Positions 11,695 through 25,000 of a DNA stretch of 64,000 nucleotides are shown one piece after another. Both the position numbers and the translations under genes were made by a program. The notes under the pieces are model-generated. The model was not told where the DNA came from and did not search any database. It saw only the letters and a list, made by a program, of their open reading frames with translations. The stretch is from Takakia lepidozioides (lineage: Eukaryota > Plantae > Bryophyta): positions 81,654,001-81,718,000 of the forward strand of contig CM060732.1 in the NCBI GenBank assembly GCA_030704615.1, given 5' to 3'. Within the stretch, counting starts at the first letter, position 1. Every line of letters starts with the position of its first letter.

Positions 11695-14600
11695 ATGGCT
11701 TCCTCTGAAGCGGAGTTCTTCTCTGACGGCAAACCAGTGCCGTTCTCCCAGGAAGTCCTTGACAATGGATTTGCAATTGTTTTGGAACATGTCTTGGCTA
11801 CCCGTTTTCAGCTGCAGAATGGCTCCATCTTTTTGGAGAAAGAGGTGTACGATCTTAAAGGGAAGTTGTTGAAATATTCTTTCCAAAACCGTGATGAGAC
11901 GGCTCATATCAGCCAGTGGAGAGTGCGTCCTGGTCGATACAGAGTACTTGGAGAGCCTCGGCGAAAGTCCCTTGGGTCATATGTGACGCCCGGGACTGCT
12001 GCTTCGGTCGTTGAAGACAAGAGGGAGGTGGTGGTGAAAAAAGAACAGACGTCCTCCACTCCAATCGTTGAGCTTTCGGATTCTTCCGATGATGACATAA
12101 GTGAAATTCCAAATCCAGTCCTTCCTACTGTGGTTGGAGAAGCTGATGAAGAAAAGATTTGTAGTGTCATTCCAAAATTGCGGGCGATGGGAGGAATGGC
12201 TGGATTCAAAAGTGAGTTGCGGGGAATTGATTGGGAATCTTTGAAGCAGGTGCCTGTGAAGTTCTTGCCGGAGACTTTTGATGGCGATATCCTATTCGAG
12301 CTGCCTCCTCCTCCGCGAGTTGGAGGTGTAACAATCATGATGCATGGAATGGACAAGAAACACGACGGGCACCCGTGGTGCAGAACAAAAACATCCAATA
12401 TTCAGAATGATGACAAGCTTGTTTTCATGATGACAGTTTGCAATGGACACCTTAGGTGTGATAATTTGAATTGCAGACATTTTCTTCAGTCTGGGGTTCA
12501 TAATCAAAGCGAATGGGAGGGTCTGGCGGAAAATCCATTTCAGCCTGGGACTGCCCCTCCACCGGCAAACACTTTCGTCTGCAAATTCTGCAAACTTGTG
12601 CCATCCTGTTTGGCGCTCTGCGGAGCAAGAATGTACTATGTTGTCCACCGTTGGAATACAATGACGAGAGCTTGTGTGCATTTTGGATTCCATAACCATC
12701 CTGTCTCGAAGGGGGATTACAGGGAGAGTGTTGAGACAGTATCGAGGTTGATCAAACAGGAGTTCGGGAGAAACCCATCCGCAACAACATCTGCAATTGC
12801 TCTTGGCGCAAGCAAGTCCTTCTTGGAAAACCATATTTTGAGTGAAGGAGATTCTGTGGGGACTAAACTTGACGGTGCAGCATTGGACCTGGTCATGGAT
12901 CATTTCTCCACTTTAAGTTCACCTAACATTCGGCATCAGATCAATGCATTGAGAATGGGCTCTGGGATCAGAGGCTACATAGACAATATTTTGGAATTGA
13001 AACGAGTGAGCAAGTACAATTACATCCAGGACAATGTATTCCCAGGTCAAGGTGCCATCAAAGTTTTTCTTTTCAAAATGTCGACTGTTGGGGAGGGCAG
13101 TGGGGTTAGCCTCGTGAAGCGGATGCAGAAGACTGGAAACTTGCAGAACTGTTTTCTTATGTTTGATCATGTGAAACGAGTGAAGGATTGGACGACAATG
13201 GCTTGTCATGTCTACGATCCAGTGTACCAACGAGTTATGACAATTACAGTTTGTGACATGCAATCCGAGGATACGGAATCCCAGAAGCTCATGTGGAATT
13301 CCCTGATACGTGTTATGGGCTGCCATCTCCAAATTTCGCAGGTTTCATGGCGGATAGTGCTCAAGCAAATTTCAATGCTGTTCGTATTGTCTTCGGATCG
13401 GGCGACCCAAAAGTGCCTATGCCAGGAAGAGAGCGTACATGTCTATTCCATTGGACACAATCTCTGGAAAAACATACAAAGTCGGACATCAAACCAGAGA
13501 TGCAGACTCAGCACCGTAAATTGTGCAAAGAGTACAAAGATGCTAGAACAATGAAGGAGGCGGACACTTTGTTCCAGACAATTCGTGCATGGTGGTTCTC
13601 TTCTGGAGCTGCATCACTTGAGAGTATGAGAGCATTGGAAGATTGGCTGTCGTTTTGGCACTTTTGGTATAGACAGTGGGGAGCAGCCATGACAATGGTA
13701 CGAGGCTTCTATTTCATGCTTTATTCATACATTTGCTTTCCATATTTTTGACTCATTGCTTTCTTTATGTTGTTTCCTGTGCACTGTTCTGAAGTGTGGT
13801 TATCCTCTTTGCAGAACATGTCCATTGAGGAAATGGCGGACATGCCATCTTGCAATTTGGCAGAAACTGTGCACAACGCATGGTTGCAGCAGTCTGGGAA
13901 ACGAGGTCGGGATTTGTATGTGGCAACAACAGATGATTTGATACGTGCCTTGCAACAACAAACCCGATACCGTGATTTCTTACGAGGTGGGATTGGTGGC
14001 AAGGGTCCGGACAAATGGGAGTTGATGTTGCGTGCTGCAAACAGATCTGGGGATCCAATCAAGATAGCACGGGCGGTGAGCATGTATGCCCAGGGAACGC
14101 CACTTGTTTCTAGAGTTCCACATCTTGAAGGGGAGGAGAGATTCGGCTCCTGTAAGAGGAAATTGAACACTCCACCTGGTTCGGATTCAGATTCCCACAG
14201 GGCAGACCGTGATAACTTCTCGAAGCCTCGTGTTCCCCTGCATGACAGCTCCCTGTCCGGAACCTCCATTGTGGAGGAACCTCCAACACGACGGCAAGCT
14301 CCAGCATCAAACAGTGCCACTGAAATGGTGCAGGAGAGAAACAACCCCCTTGATGTGCTTGAGTCCGCATGCCCCGACCACGTTTGGCACATAGAACGCA
14401 CAAGTGTAGGGTCTCGTGTGAAATGTACACCGATCAGGGCAACTTATTTCGAGAAGTGCACTTTATCTATATCTAGAGGTGGTGCCCGAACTCCTGCTCC
14501 GACTTTCACGGGCTTGATGCGTCCATACGGTCAACCAGAAGCCAAGAACCACAAGTTCTGGTTCTGCGCAGATGATTGTGCCAGATGTGTGCATGGAAGT

Positions 14601-15200
14601 GTGCGTCCTTCCGTAGTGATGAAGCCAACTCCTCCAACCGTTTGGCCCGTGAAGGTGGGAACACATCTCAGCTTTCAGGAGATTGAAATGCTGGAGGAGG
14701 CAGGTTTTTCCCTTGCGAGACAACCCCAACTCCATGCATGTGCTACTACTTCTGCGTCCTCCCGGGTCCCCCCGGCAAATCCTGACTTGTGGCCAACCAA
14801 ACGAGATGGAAAGCTCGTTCGGCGTTTCCCTCCAACCGCTGAACACTTTGGCAAAGTGCAGTCCGCAAGAATGCTCCAAGCTCGTGTTGGAAGCACCATG
14901 GAAGTACCCGATCCAGGATATGGTCGGGTATTCACAATTATCACTTCCACATCTGCTGTTCATGACAGGACCTACGACATCACGGTTTCCAATTTCCCCA
15001 ATTGCACATGTCCTGATTTTGTGAATATGCTATCAATCAGTTTGGGCAAGAGAGGTAAATTCATACCCTGCAAACATTTGTATTTCATATTTTTGAGGAG
15101 GATGGTTTGCGATCCCAAACGTGACAACTTCATTCACCAGGCCACTATGAGTTTCAACGAGGTCGATACTCTTTTGCAGCGGGATACAACACATGGGTAG
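11695..15200 (+). mobile_element. Mutator-like transposase (GCM-like Zn domain, MULE DDE core, C-terminal SWIM) with one frameshift
   Basis: HDGHPWCRTKTSN..CNGHLRCDNLNC..CKFC..GFHNHP; LMFDHVKR, FMADSAQA, CLFHW, CNLAETVH; SWIM CTCPDF..PCKHLY. Frameshift near 13320 and intron 13698-13814. Confidence 0.85.
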
Positions 15201-15639
15201 CATGAACTATGTAATGTGGTACGTGGATGACCATGATTTGAAATGTGTAATTCACATCAATTCGTCGGCTGTGCAATGATATGGCCTCCAACTATACGGA
15301 GTGAGCTCTGAGTGACAATTTTTAGGTAGTGCACATTTGTCATTGCACCGTTCGAAGTCTACATGTCTTGTTGTCGCTATGCACTACAATCATCTTTTGA
15401 AGATGATCCTAACTCTCATTGTTATTTGAGGAGGGAGGAAGGTCTTCCCGTGGCAGCCTTTATGGCGCACACTTTGTGAGGATATTTTGTCGTCCTCGTA
15501 ATTGTAAAAGTGAAACAAGCATTTGTAATTGCACAATGTTGGATACTGCAATTGTAGGCCTCAATGCTCGTCTTGATTCTATTTAGGCAAGATTCCCTGC
15601 ATTAATTCCACGGTCATAGGACCATCCACGGTTATAGGC

Positions 15640-15814
15640 GGCGCATGTTAATGGTGATGTGGCAGATGACGGACAGTGCCATGTCATCATTTACCGCCAC
15701 ATCAGCATGCTGACATGACGCTCACGCCACGTTAGCGTGTGTGCAGGCTCACGCCACGTCAGCTGGCGTGAGCGTACGCTCGCGCGCTCACGCCATTGCG
15801 TCGTTGCTTTAGTG
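15640..15814. mobile_element. Candidate right terminus of the transposon, with CTCACGCCA direct and inverted subterminal repeats
   Basis: Hairpin gctcacgcca-cgtcagc-tggcgtgagc and repeated ctcacgcca, ending ...gttgctttagtg before a switch to AT-rich sequence. Confidence 0.45.
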
Positions 15815-17400
15815 TACTACCCTAGTTACACTCCAAACCTTATTGTACTACCATGTTACATCTTCTCAATGTTTCATGCTCTTTTAATATTTTCTTTTGT
15901 TGGATAAGGTATGATAGAATGATTACAGGGATATCAAATTCCTCAACCATTTCTTAATTCTACCGAGTGTGAGTCCATCATATTTGTTTGTCTTTTTGTA
16001 CCCTAAATCCAAACCCTAAACCCTTACTCTTACTGTAAACCCAAACCTTATTACACTTCTCTCTAGTTACACCCCAAACCTTATTGTACTACCCTAGTAC
16101 CTCTTCCGAATGTTTCATGCTATTCTAATATTTTACTACCCTTGTCACATCCAAAACATGATTCATTCCAATGGCTGGTGTGTGAACATTGTGCTTCATA
16201 TGAAGAATCATTCAATCAATAAAATTACTAGCAAGTTGTATCGAGTATGGTACAGTACGAGTTTGGCCCATGTTCGATGCGATCCATTTGTTTATCATGA
16301 TGACCTGCAATGGAATATTACTTTATTCGACTTCCAAGTGGACGTTCAATGAATTGTTCAATACTGCTACTTCACATTGAACACTTCAATGTCAAATGGA
16401 CCTCTTATATGACACATTTTGAACAAGTATGACATCACCTGAAATTTCACAAAGTTCAATCACACATTACACCATGATATTATTAATATTTCAATTAATT
16501 TTAATACAAATATATATTAAGTTTAGTCCGGATTTAAGCCAAAAGTCCAGAATTAATTAAAATAGTGTTTGTAATGGGTTGTGTCCAATTACTGTATTTG
16601 AATAATATAACTGTATGGTGCAACCGGATAACATTTATGAGTGGTATTCTTGAGTAGTCTACATGAGTGGTGTATCCGGATAATTTAAATGAGTGGTATA
16701 TCCTAGTAGTATATCTGAGTGATGTGGTGGCTTAGTGTATTTGAGTGGTGTAATCAAGTGTTGTATGGCAATGGCATGCATGAGGATTGTATTGGGATAG
16801 TATGAATGCGTAGTGTGTTTGAGTATAATATCCAAAAAATATAAAAGGGTTGATGTATAAGAGTATCATATTTGAATATGACTATTGGATAGTTCCACGG
16901 AGTAGCGTAGCCGCATAATAATGTATATGAATAGTATGCTTGAGAAATGCAGCGGAGTAATATGTCTCCGTAGTCTGTTGAAATATTGTATCATAATAGT
17001 ATAAATAAATGGTGGGAGAACTGGTTAACACGGCCTGATAGCATAGTACATTGGAGTAATGTGTATGAATAATAATGAAGAGTAAATGGTGTATGTCAAT
17101 AGCTTGAGGACTGTATTGGGATAGTATGAGTGGGTAGTGTATTTGAGTATAATATCCAAATAATATAAATGCTTATTGTATAAAAGTATCACATGTGAGT
17201 ATGGCTGTTGAATAGCTCCCATGAATAGAGTAGCTGCATAATGTATATGAGTAGTGTACTTGAGAAATGCAATAGAGTAATATGTATCTGTAGGCTGTTG
17301 AAATATTGTATCAGAATAGTTGAAATAAATGGTGGAGGAACTGGTTAACACGGCTTGCCAGGGTGGTGTATCGTAGTAGTGTATATGATTAATGATGATG
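15815..17400. repeat. AT-rich degenerate repeats, including a duplication of about 324 bp and a telomere-like CCCTAAA patch
   Basis: gagga(t/c)tgtattgggatagtatga at about 16782 and 17106. ccctaaatccaaaccctaaaccct at 16001-16024. tagttacac..ccaaaccttattgtactacc is repeated at about 15824 and 16064. Confidence 0.7.
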
Positions 17401-18087
17401 AGTAAGTCAAGAGAATGTATAACATGAGATATAGGCTGTCTAAGGGATGTCTTGTTAGGATGTACCATATGAGTGACGGTGAGTACACGTACCAACAAAA
17501 TTACAAATCGATCCGGGGAGGTTTTTTTTCACAGCAACATCTGGACATGGCGACGGCGTGTCATCCCACCAAAGCAATATGAGACTATCCTTGCAAAGTG
17601 GGCATTTAGCATTCATTTGTAGCCACCTATCAATGCAATTCTTATGAAAACTATGTATTCATGGCAAAATCATGTCGGTTACTGTGTCCTAGAAAACAAT
17701 TTCATGCAGATGAGTTAGAGTGAACGGACGCGGTGGAAACGAGTAAGGCTGGACAAAGAAGGACGATAGTTGCACAAAATGATGTGACGTTGTACTAACA
17801 CGTCAGCATCACGTCTTGACGTGCCTCTATTCTTCTCAAAATTTGACTTTACGTTATGTAATTATTTTAAATTTTGATCTTTATCTTTTATAATTTAACA
17901 TTAAAATCGTCATCTTCTCCTCTCTTTAAATTATGAAGAGGTCATCGATAAGTTTGCCGATTGTACCTTCCACTTCGACAGTTGGCCGCAAAATGTCCAT
18001 ATTTTCAATAGTTGTAACATTGTCTAGTTTCCTTTTGTCCTTCTGTTCGTGGGAATGTTGAGGAGGTCACATCCTTACCATTCGGTT

Positions 18088-18680
18088 TCATTCGTAGTTG
18101 TGTGTTACCTTCCCCATATCTGATTCATAGTCTATTTCTTTGAGAATATTGGAAGTTATTATGTCTTCGAAGATTTCCAAGTTCCATATGTGTTGATCCG
18201 GGTTCAATGGAACATGTGTACCTTTGTCGTATCTTGGTAGCGCTCTTTCAAGCTTTTGGGCCAATGAAATCGCTTCATGGATATCAACCGGATTGCGTAA
18301 AATCACTTCTCTTTGAATTTTCTTCTTCAATCCTCTTTTGAAGTTGTCTAATGCTTCTGCATGACACATGTTTTCGATTTAAACTTGAAGATTCAAAAAA
18401 TCCTCAATTATAATTCTGCACACTACCTCATTATTCCAAATTCCATAATTTCATTCGAGCAGTTGTAGCCGCATCCACTGCCTTGAATTATTGGAGCAGT
18501 CCGGCTTTCAAGGTGCTCCAAAGCCAAGATTCTCCTTTCGCGATCAGTCTTATCTCCCAAGTCTGTAACCATGTTGAAACATTGTCGAGTAGAAAAGAGC
18601 ATATGAACAGTTCGTGGTCCAAATCGCTTGATGTAGGGAAGTATGAAAGATGTATCTCCATTCGATAAATCCAGAGAGAA
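18088..18680 (-). mobile_element. Degenerate Ty3/Gypsy gag fragment
   Basis: EALDNFKRGLKKKIQREVILRNPVDIHEAISLAQKLE resembles a retrotransposon gag C-terminal signature. Upstream frames are broken. Confidence 0.65.
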
Positions 18681-19966
18681 AGAGAAGACTCCGGCTGAGG
18701 TTGGTGTAACTAAGAGTCACTTCGTCTTACGGCTACTACCCCCTTTCGGAGGTGGGCCCTAAAAAGAAAATACTGAATCGATAAATCCACCCTTTTAGCA
18801 CTCCCATGACGCGACTTTCTTTGTATGGCTTGACCTTGCACATTTTTGTCATCTTTTGCAGAAGGTATCCAACCCGCCAGCAACAAGTCTTGGGGTGGCT
18901 GATTGTCTTACTTATTTAATGTCATCCACCAACACATTATTTTGTTGTTGGGTCGCGACAAAAACATTATGTTTATCCACACCGTCTGGTCACTGGCTTG
19001 ATGAATCTCCTCTATCTACACACTCGTATACTGAGTTATCGAAAGTTATACTGAGATACACTGTCGGGAGTTAACGAAAAGTGAGATAACTGTTAGAACT
19101 TAATATACCTTAGTGTAACCGTCTCCCACGTTCATTCTTTGCTGGCTAATGCAGGGCCCGACGTTCATTCTTTGCTGACTAATGCAAGGCTCAAGATGTA
19201 CGTTGGCTATGGTGAATTCCATATGCTTACAGGTGGAAGTGGTGGGCTCCTCCACCATAGCTAGCACCCTAACCCTCCTCAATATCTGGCCCGTCCATGC
19301 AGGCTAGGGCAGCCACTAGATGGCGCCACATGTCTGCCTCGAGGAGAACATGCTACGACTGGCTCGTCATTCTTCCTCAGGTTTTGGTGAAAATGGGAAA
19401 AAAAATATGCTTTGAATTTCCTTTAGTGAGGTAGTAGCTCATTTTTTACTGGAGCCTTTTGGCGAAAATTCACCAAAAAAAAAACGTTGCCTACAACTTG
19501 GTTGTCTCCGTAATAAATAAACATATATATATATATAGATGCCTCCTAGAGGGAAATTAAAATTATGGTGTTCCTGCAAAGACATTATGCCTCCAGCTTT
19601 TCTTCCATCTCCCTTGACTGTATGGCTCTGAGTGGTATCTCGTTCCTCAGCCTCCATGGCTTTCTTGTACGGTTATTTTTTCTTTACCTTTAATAAAATA
19701 TATCAGGGCTTCAATCCCCCCTGTTCTGTAAAAAATAAAAATAAAAATGGTGTCTCTTCACCACAAGGGCTACTACCTTCCAGCTGAAAGGTGGACACCT
19801 TCGTAACACACCAGACCACATCCAACGTGGTATGTGCCCATTACCACTGGGCTACATGCTGGTTGTCTCTGCGTAATAAGTAGGTCACAAGTGGGGGGTG
19901 ATGTCACGGTGGGTGAGCACTGCGGTAGACGGACCAAAACTGCGTCGGGCTCACACATCGCGGAGG

Positions 19967-22030
19967 ATGGCAGCGTATTCCCGCGCTCTCCTGCACGCGC
20001 ATGCGCGCACTCCCACGCAGGGCCCTGTCCTCTCGCATCGCGTCATGCAGCGGGGCTGTGGAGCTGACAGCCGCATTTCCCTTGGCACTTCGCAGGCGGT
20101 GTCCATTGCATTCGGTGGCTATGGCGCCTTCAGGGATGCCGTTCAAATTACGTGATTACACGAAACACTTGGCTGTGTCCTTTTTCGGGTCGCATGTATT
20201 GTTTTTATGGGCCGTCGGATGCAGGCTCGGAATTGTCTTTGGCGCAATTCAGCAGAAACGAATGCATTCTGGGCAGAGAAGCAAGAAAGCGCAAGGCCGA
20301 TATGGTATTACTGGCGTGTAGGGCAACACAGGAGCATGGAGCAGCGCTGGCAGCAGTTCTTTAATGATACTTCACAGTGGTGGAACAGTTTCTTTAAAGA
20401 TACTTCACAATGGTGGAACAGTAGCCCTGACAAGGTGAGCTTTCTTCATGTAGGATGCTCTCGAAAAACTGTTTTCACTGGCCGTATGGAGGTTGCTCTT
20501 CCTGAGCAGGGCATGAAAGTAGGATGCGCAAGGTCTTTTCGCTGGAGTTTGCAAGGTACTTGGGAGGGTTGAGACTGCATGAATGTTGTTGAAAGAGCAC
20601 TAGCGCTCTTCTCATTTGATGTTGTCGGATTTTGGGGCACAAAGGTCTACTGTAAAGCATGGAGCAGAGCTGGCACGAGGTTCTCAAAAATCACTCTCAA
20701 TGGTGGGACAAACTCAATCGCAAGGTGTGGCTTTCTTAATGTACGATGTGAAGAAGTTTGTCCATCCTACAAATGTGGGCTCTTCCTGTTCGTATGATGA
20801 TATCTGGTATTTTTCCTGGTGTTGACAAGGTCTTGGGAGGGTCAGCTTGGTCTTAAATCTATGGCTGCTCAGCTGCACCGTGGTGGTTGTCCTCACAGAC
20901 CAATCCGAGTTCACCTGACTACAGACACAAGCGGCACGCACAAGAGGTCCTTTTGGGGTTACGGTTGGTTGAATCCTCCATGGTTGAAAGAAAAGCTAGA
21001 TGCCATGACTCAAGGTCAAGGACAATGTGGTGAGGGCACATTCTTCTTCAACACATTTCAGTCTGTTTTGCCCTCTTATCAGAGTCGTCCCTAGTGTTCA
21101 TGTTGGATTTTCCAAGTTAGCTTGTTGGGTGGATTTATGGTGGTTTGGATTGATTTTGACATGTGACTGCCAATGTGGCAACAGGAAAACATCCAAAAAC
21201 AGACAACAGAGATGAGGAGAGGCTTTGGAAGGAATGTTTTCCCGATCCCAGTCAATGGTGGGAAAATCGAGGCAAAAAGGTGAATGCCTCTTAGATTACA
21301 GAGAGAAGCAGGCACAATTCAGCATGTTACTAGAGCAGATGTAGGCTGTCATTGTCAGCCGCTAGCAGCAAGGTGAGGATGTATGGATGATTTGTGCAGA
21401 GGCAGGGATAGCTGAAGGAGCAGGGATAGAGTGTGGGTCCCGATTCCTCCAAGAGGCCGGGATTTCAAGCCCAAGATTCCTATGATTCCCTGTGGATCGA
21501 TTGCTACAACAGTTGGGTAATGGTCATCTGGAAGCAGAGTAGTCCCTAAGTCTTCATGTTGAATTCTGCAAGTTAGCATGTCGGGTGGTTCTATGGTTGT
21601 CTGGTTTCATTTTGACTTGTTACTCCCCATGTGCCGACAGGAAAGTATCCAAAAACAGATGACAGCGACAAGAAGCTTTGGATGGAATATTTTTCCGACC
21701 CGAGTCAACGGTGCGGCACTTGAGGCAAAAAGGTGAATGCCTCTTAGATGTGTAATATGAGTAGGGTTGCCGTGTCTGCTAGAACAAATCTGGGCTGTCA
21801 TTGTGAGCTGCTAGCAGCACGGCGAGGATGTATGCATGATTTGTGCAGAGGCAGCGATAGCTGAAGGAGCAGGGATAGAGTGTGGGTCCAGATTCAGTCA
21901 AGAGGGCCAGATTTCAAGCACAAGACGACCTATGGTTCCTTGTGGATCCATAGCTACAAGAAACCTGCATTGGTAGATGGTCAACTGGAAGCAGCAGCAG
22001 CAGCAGCAGCAGCACAGTTGATAAAATTAG
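19967..22030 (+). pseudogene. OSB-like region: transit-peptide-like 5' exon plus three PDF-motif exon pairs, partly decayed, upstream of and contiguous with PPR gene 1
   Basis: Exon to 20434 (MEQRWQQFFNDTSQWWNS..PDK|gt); exon from 20899 (TNPSSPDYRHK..NPPWLKEKL, frameshift); 21185-21279 (LWKECFPDPSQWWENRGKK|gt); 21641-21732 (contains a stop); exon from 21892 (IQSRGPDFKHKTTYGSLWIHSYKKPALVDGQL). Confidence 0.75.
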
Positions 22031-25000
22031 GTACCTCGACCATGACCACAGCTTGCGAAAGAGGACCAAGAGTCCACAATGCCTCTTCTGGCACTTCTGG
22101 GCATGTGAGGATGCTATGTGAGGCAGGGAGCCTGAAAGAGGCTCTACAGACTTTAAACCAAGGAGGCATTTCAGCAGATTCAGATACTTATGTCGGTCTC
22201 TTGCATAACTGCATCAAGATGAAAAGCCTAGAAGCTGGAAAGAATGTGCATGCTCACATTATCCAAAGTGGATTCAAGCCAAACGTTTTCCTACACAACA
22301 CCCTTGTCAACATGTATGTTAAGTGCAGGAGCATCATGGATGCTCACCAAGTGTTCAACCGCATGCCTCAACGTTCTTTGATCACATGGAATATAATGAT
22401 GGCAGGATTTACCAAGCATGGGTGTGATAGGAAGGCTTTGGAGATCTATGAGCAAATGATACAGGAAGGGGTGAAGCCCAACCACATCACGTTTGTTTGC
22501 GTTTGCAAAGCATGTGCGAGACTGGGAACCCTGGAAAAGGGCAAAGAGGTCCATGGTGACATCGTCAGAGCTGGAATCATACCAGATGTCATTCTGAACA
22601 CTACCCTGGTGGACATGTACGCCAAATGTGGGTGCATCGAGGATGCAAAGGGAGTGTTTGACAATATGGCTGAACGAAATGTGGTGTCGTGGAGTGCGAT
22701 GATCGCGGGATATGCACATGAGGGGCGCGGGATGGAGGCTTTGGAGACGTATGAGCAAATGATGCAGGAAGGGGTGAAGCCCAACCACATCACGTTTGTT
22801 GGTGTTTGCAATGCATGTGCAAGCCTGGCAGCCCTGGAAAAGGGCAAAGAGGTCCATGGTGACATTGTTAGAGCTGGAATTGTACCAAACGTCATTCTGA
22901 ACAATACCCTTGTTGACATGTATGCCAAATGTGGGTGCATCGAGGATGCAAAGGGAGTGTTCCAGAATATGGTTGAACAAGATGTGGGGTCTTGGAATGC
23001 GATGATTGCAGGATATGAAAAGCTGGGGCGTGGGATGGAGGCTTTGGAGACCTATGAGAAAATGGTGAGGGAAGGGGTGAAGCCCAACCACATCACATTT
23101 GTTTGTGTTTGCAGTTCGTGTGCGAGCCTTGCAGCCCTGGGAAAGGGCAAAGAGGTCCATGGGGACATTGTCAAAGCTGGAATTGTACCAGATGTTGTTC
23201 TGAACACTGCTCTGATGAACATGTATGCGAAATGTGGGAGCATCGAGGATGCAAAGGGAGTGTTTGATAATATGGCTGAACGAAATGTGGTGTCGTGGAG
23301 CGCGATGATTGCAGGATATGCACATGAGGGGCGCGGGATAGAGGCTTTGGAGATGTATGAGCAAATGGTGCGGGAAGGGGTGAAGCCCAACCACATCACG
23401 TTTGTTTGTGTTTGCAATGCGTGTGCCAGTCTGGCAGCCCTGGAATCGGGCAAAAAGGTGCATGGTGATATTGTTAAAGCTGGAATTGTACCAGACGTCA
23501 TTCTGAACAGTACCCTCGTGGACATGTATGCCAAATGTGGGAGCATTGAGGATGCAAAGGGAGTGTTTGACAATATGGCGGAACGAAATGTGGTGTCCTG
23601 GAGTGCTTTGATTGCAGGATATGCACAGCAGGGGCATGGGGTGGAGGCTTTGGAGGCGTATGAGCAAATGGTGCAGGAAGGGGTGAAGCCCAACCACATC
23701 ACGTTTGTTTGCGTTTGCAATGCGTGTGCAAGCCTGGCAGCCCTGGAAAAGGGTAAAGAGGTCCATGGTGACATTGTCAAAGCTGGAATTGTACCGAATG
23801 TCATTCTGAGCAATTCCCTTGTGGACATGTATGCCAAATGCGGGTCCATCGAGGATGCAAAGGGAGTGTTCGACCATATGGCTGAACGAGATGTAGTGTC
23901 TTGGAACGCAATGATCGCAGGATATGCACAGCAGGGGTGCGGGATGGAGGCTTTGGAGACCTATGAGCAAATGATGCGGGAAGGGGTGGAGCCCAACCAT
24001 ATCACGTTCGTTTGCATTTGCAATGCGTGTGCGAGCCTGGCAGCCCTGGAAAAGGGCAAAGAGGTCCATGGTGCAATCGTCAAAGCTGGAATTGTACCAA
24101 ATGTCATTTTGAACAGTACCCTTGTGGACATGTACGCCAAATGTGGGTGCATCGAGGATGCAAAAGGAGTGTTTGACAATATGGTCGAACGAAATGTGGT
24201 GTCATGGAGTGCAATGATTGCAGGATATGCGCGGCAGGGGTGCGGGATGGAGGCTTTGGAGACCTATGAGCAAATGGTGTGGGAAGGGGTGAAGCCGGAC
24301 AGTATCACATTTATGTGTGTTCTCTCTGCATGCAGCCATGTTGGCCTACTGTATGAAGGAAGACGCTACTTTGATTCCTTGAGTCAAGATCATGGTGTCA
24401 CTCCCACAGTAAAGCACTTTGGCTGCATGGTGGACCTCCTTGGACGTGCAGGGCGATTGGATGAGGCAGAGGATCTCATTGATAAAATGCCAATCAAACC
24501 AGATGCTGTGGTGTGGAAGGCCTTGCTTGGTGCCTGCAGAATCCATGGCAATGTGGAGATGGCTGAACGTGCGGCAACATCTATTCTCAAGTGGGATGAA
24601 CTTGACGCCGCCACTTACGTGTTGCTATCAAACATCTATGCCACAGCTGGCAGGTGGGAGGATAGCGCAAAGGTGAGAAAAATGATGATCGTCAGAGGGG
24701 TTAGAAAGGAGCCAGGTCGCTGCTGCATTGAGGTTGGCACCAGGGTGCACACATTTGTTGTAGATGACCAATTGCATCCCAAAATCAAGGAAATCCATGC
24801 TGAGCTGAGAAGATTGTCTGGGCAGATGAAGGAGACTGGGCATGTGCCTGACACACGATTTGTATTGCATGATGTGGGGGAGGAGCAAAAGGAATTTTCT
24901 TTTTGCCACCACAGTGAGAAGCTGGCCATTGGTTTTGGGCTGATCAGTACGGCCCCTAGGACGCCTCTCCTTCTCATCAAGACTCTTCGGGTCTGTGGTG

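Noticed and set aside
16001-16024. Interstitial telomere
   Set aside because: Only about two perfect CCCTAAA units, embedded in degenerate AT-rich repeats.
22291-24069. Long antisense ORFs over the PPR genes (592 aa, 390 aa and others)
   Set aside because: They are shadow frames produced by the 303-bp repeat periodicity.
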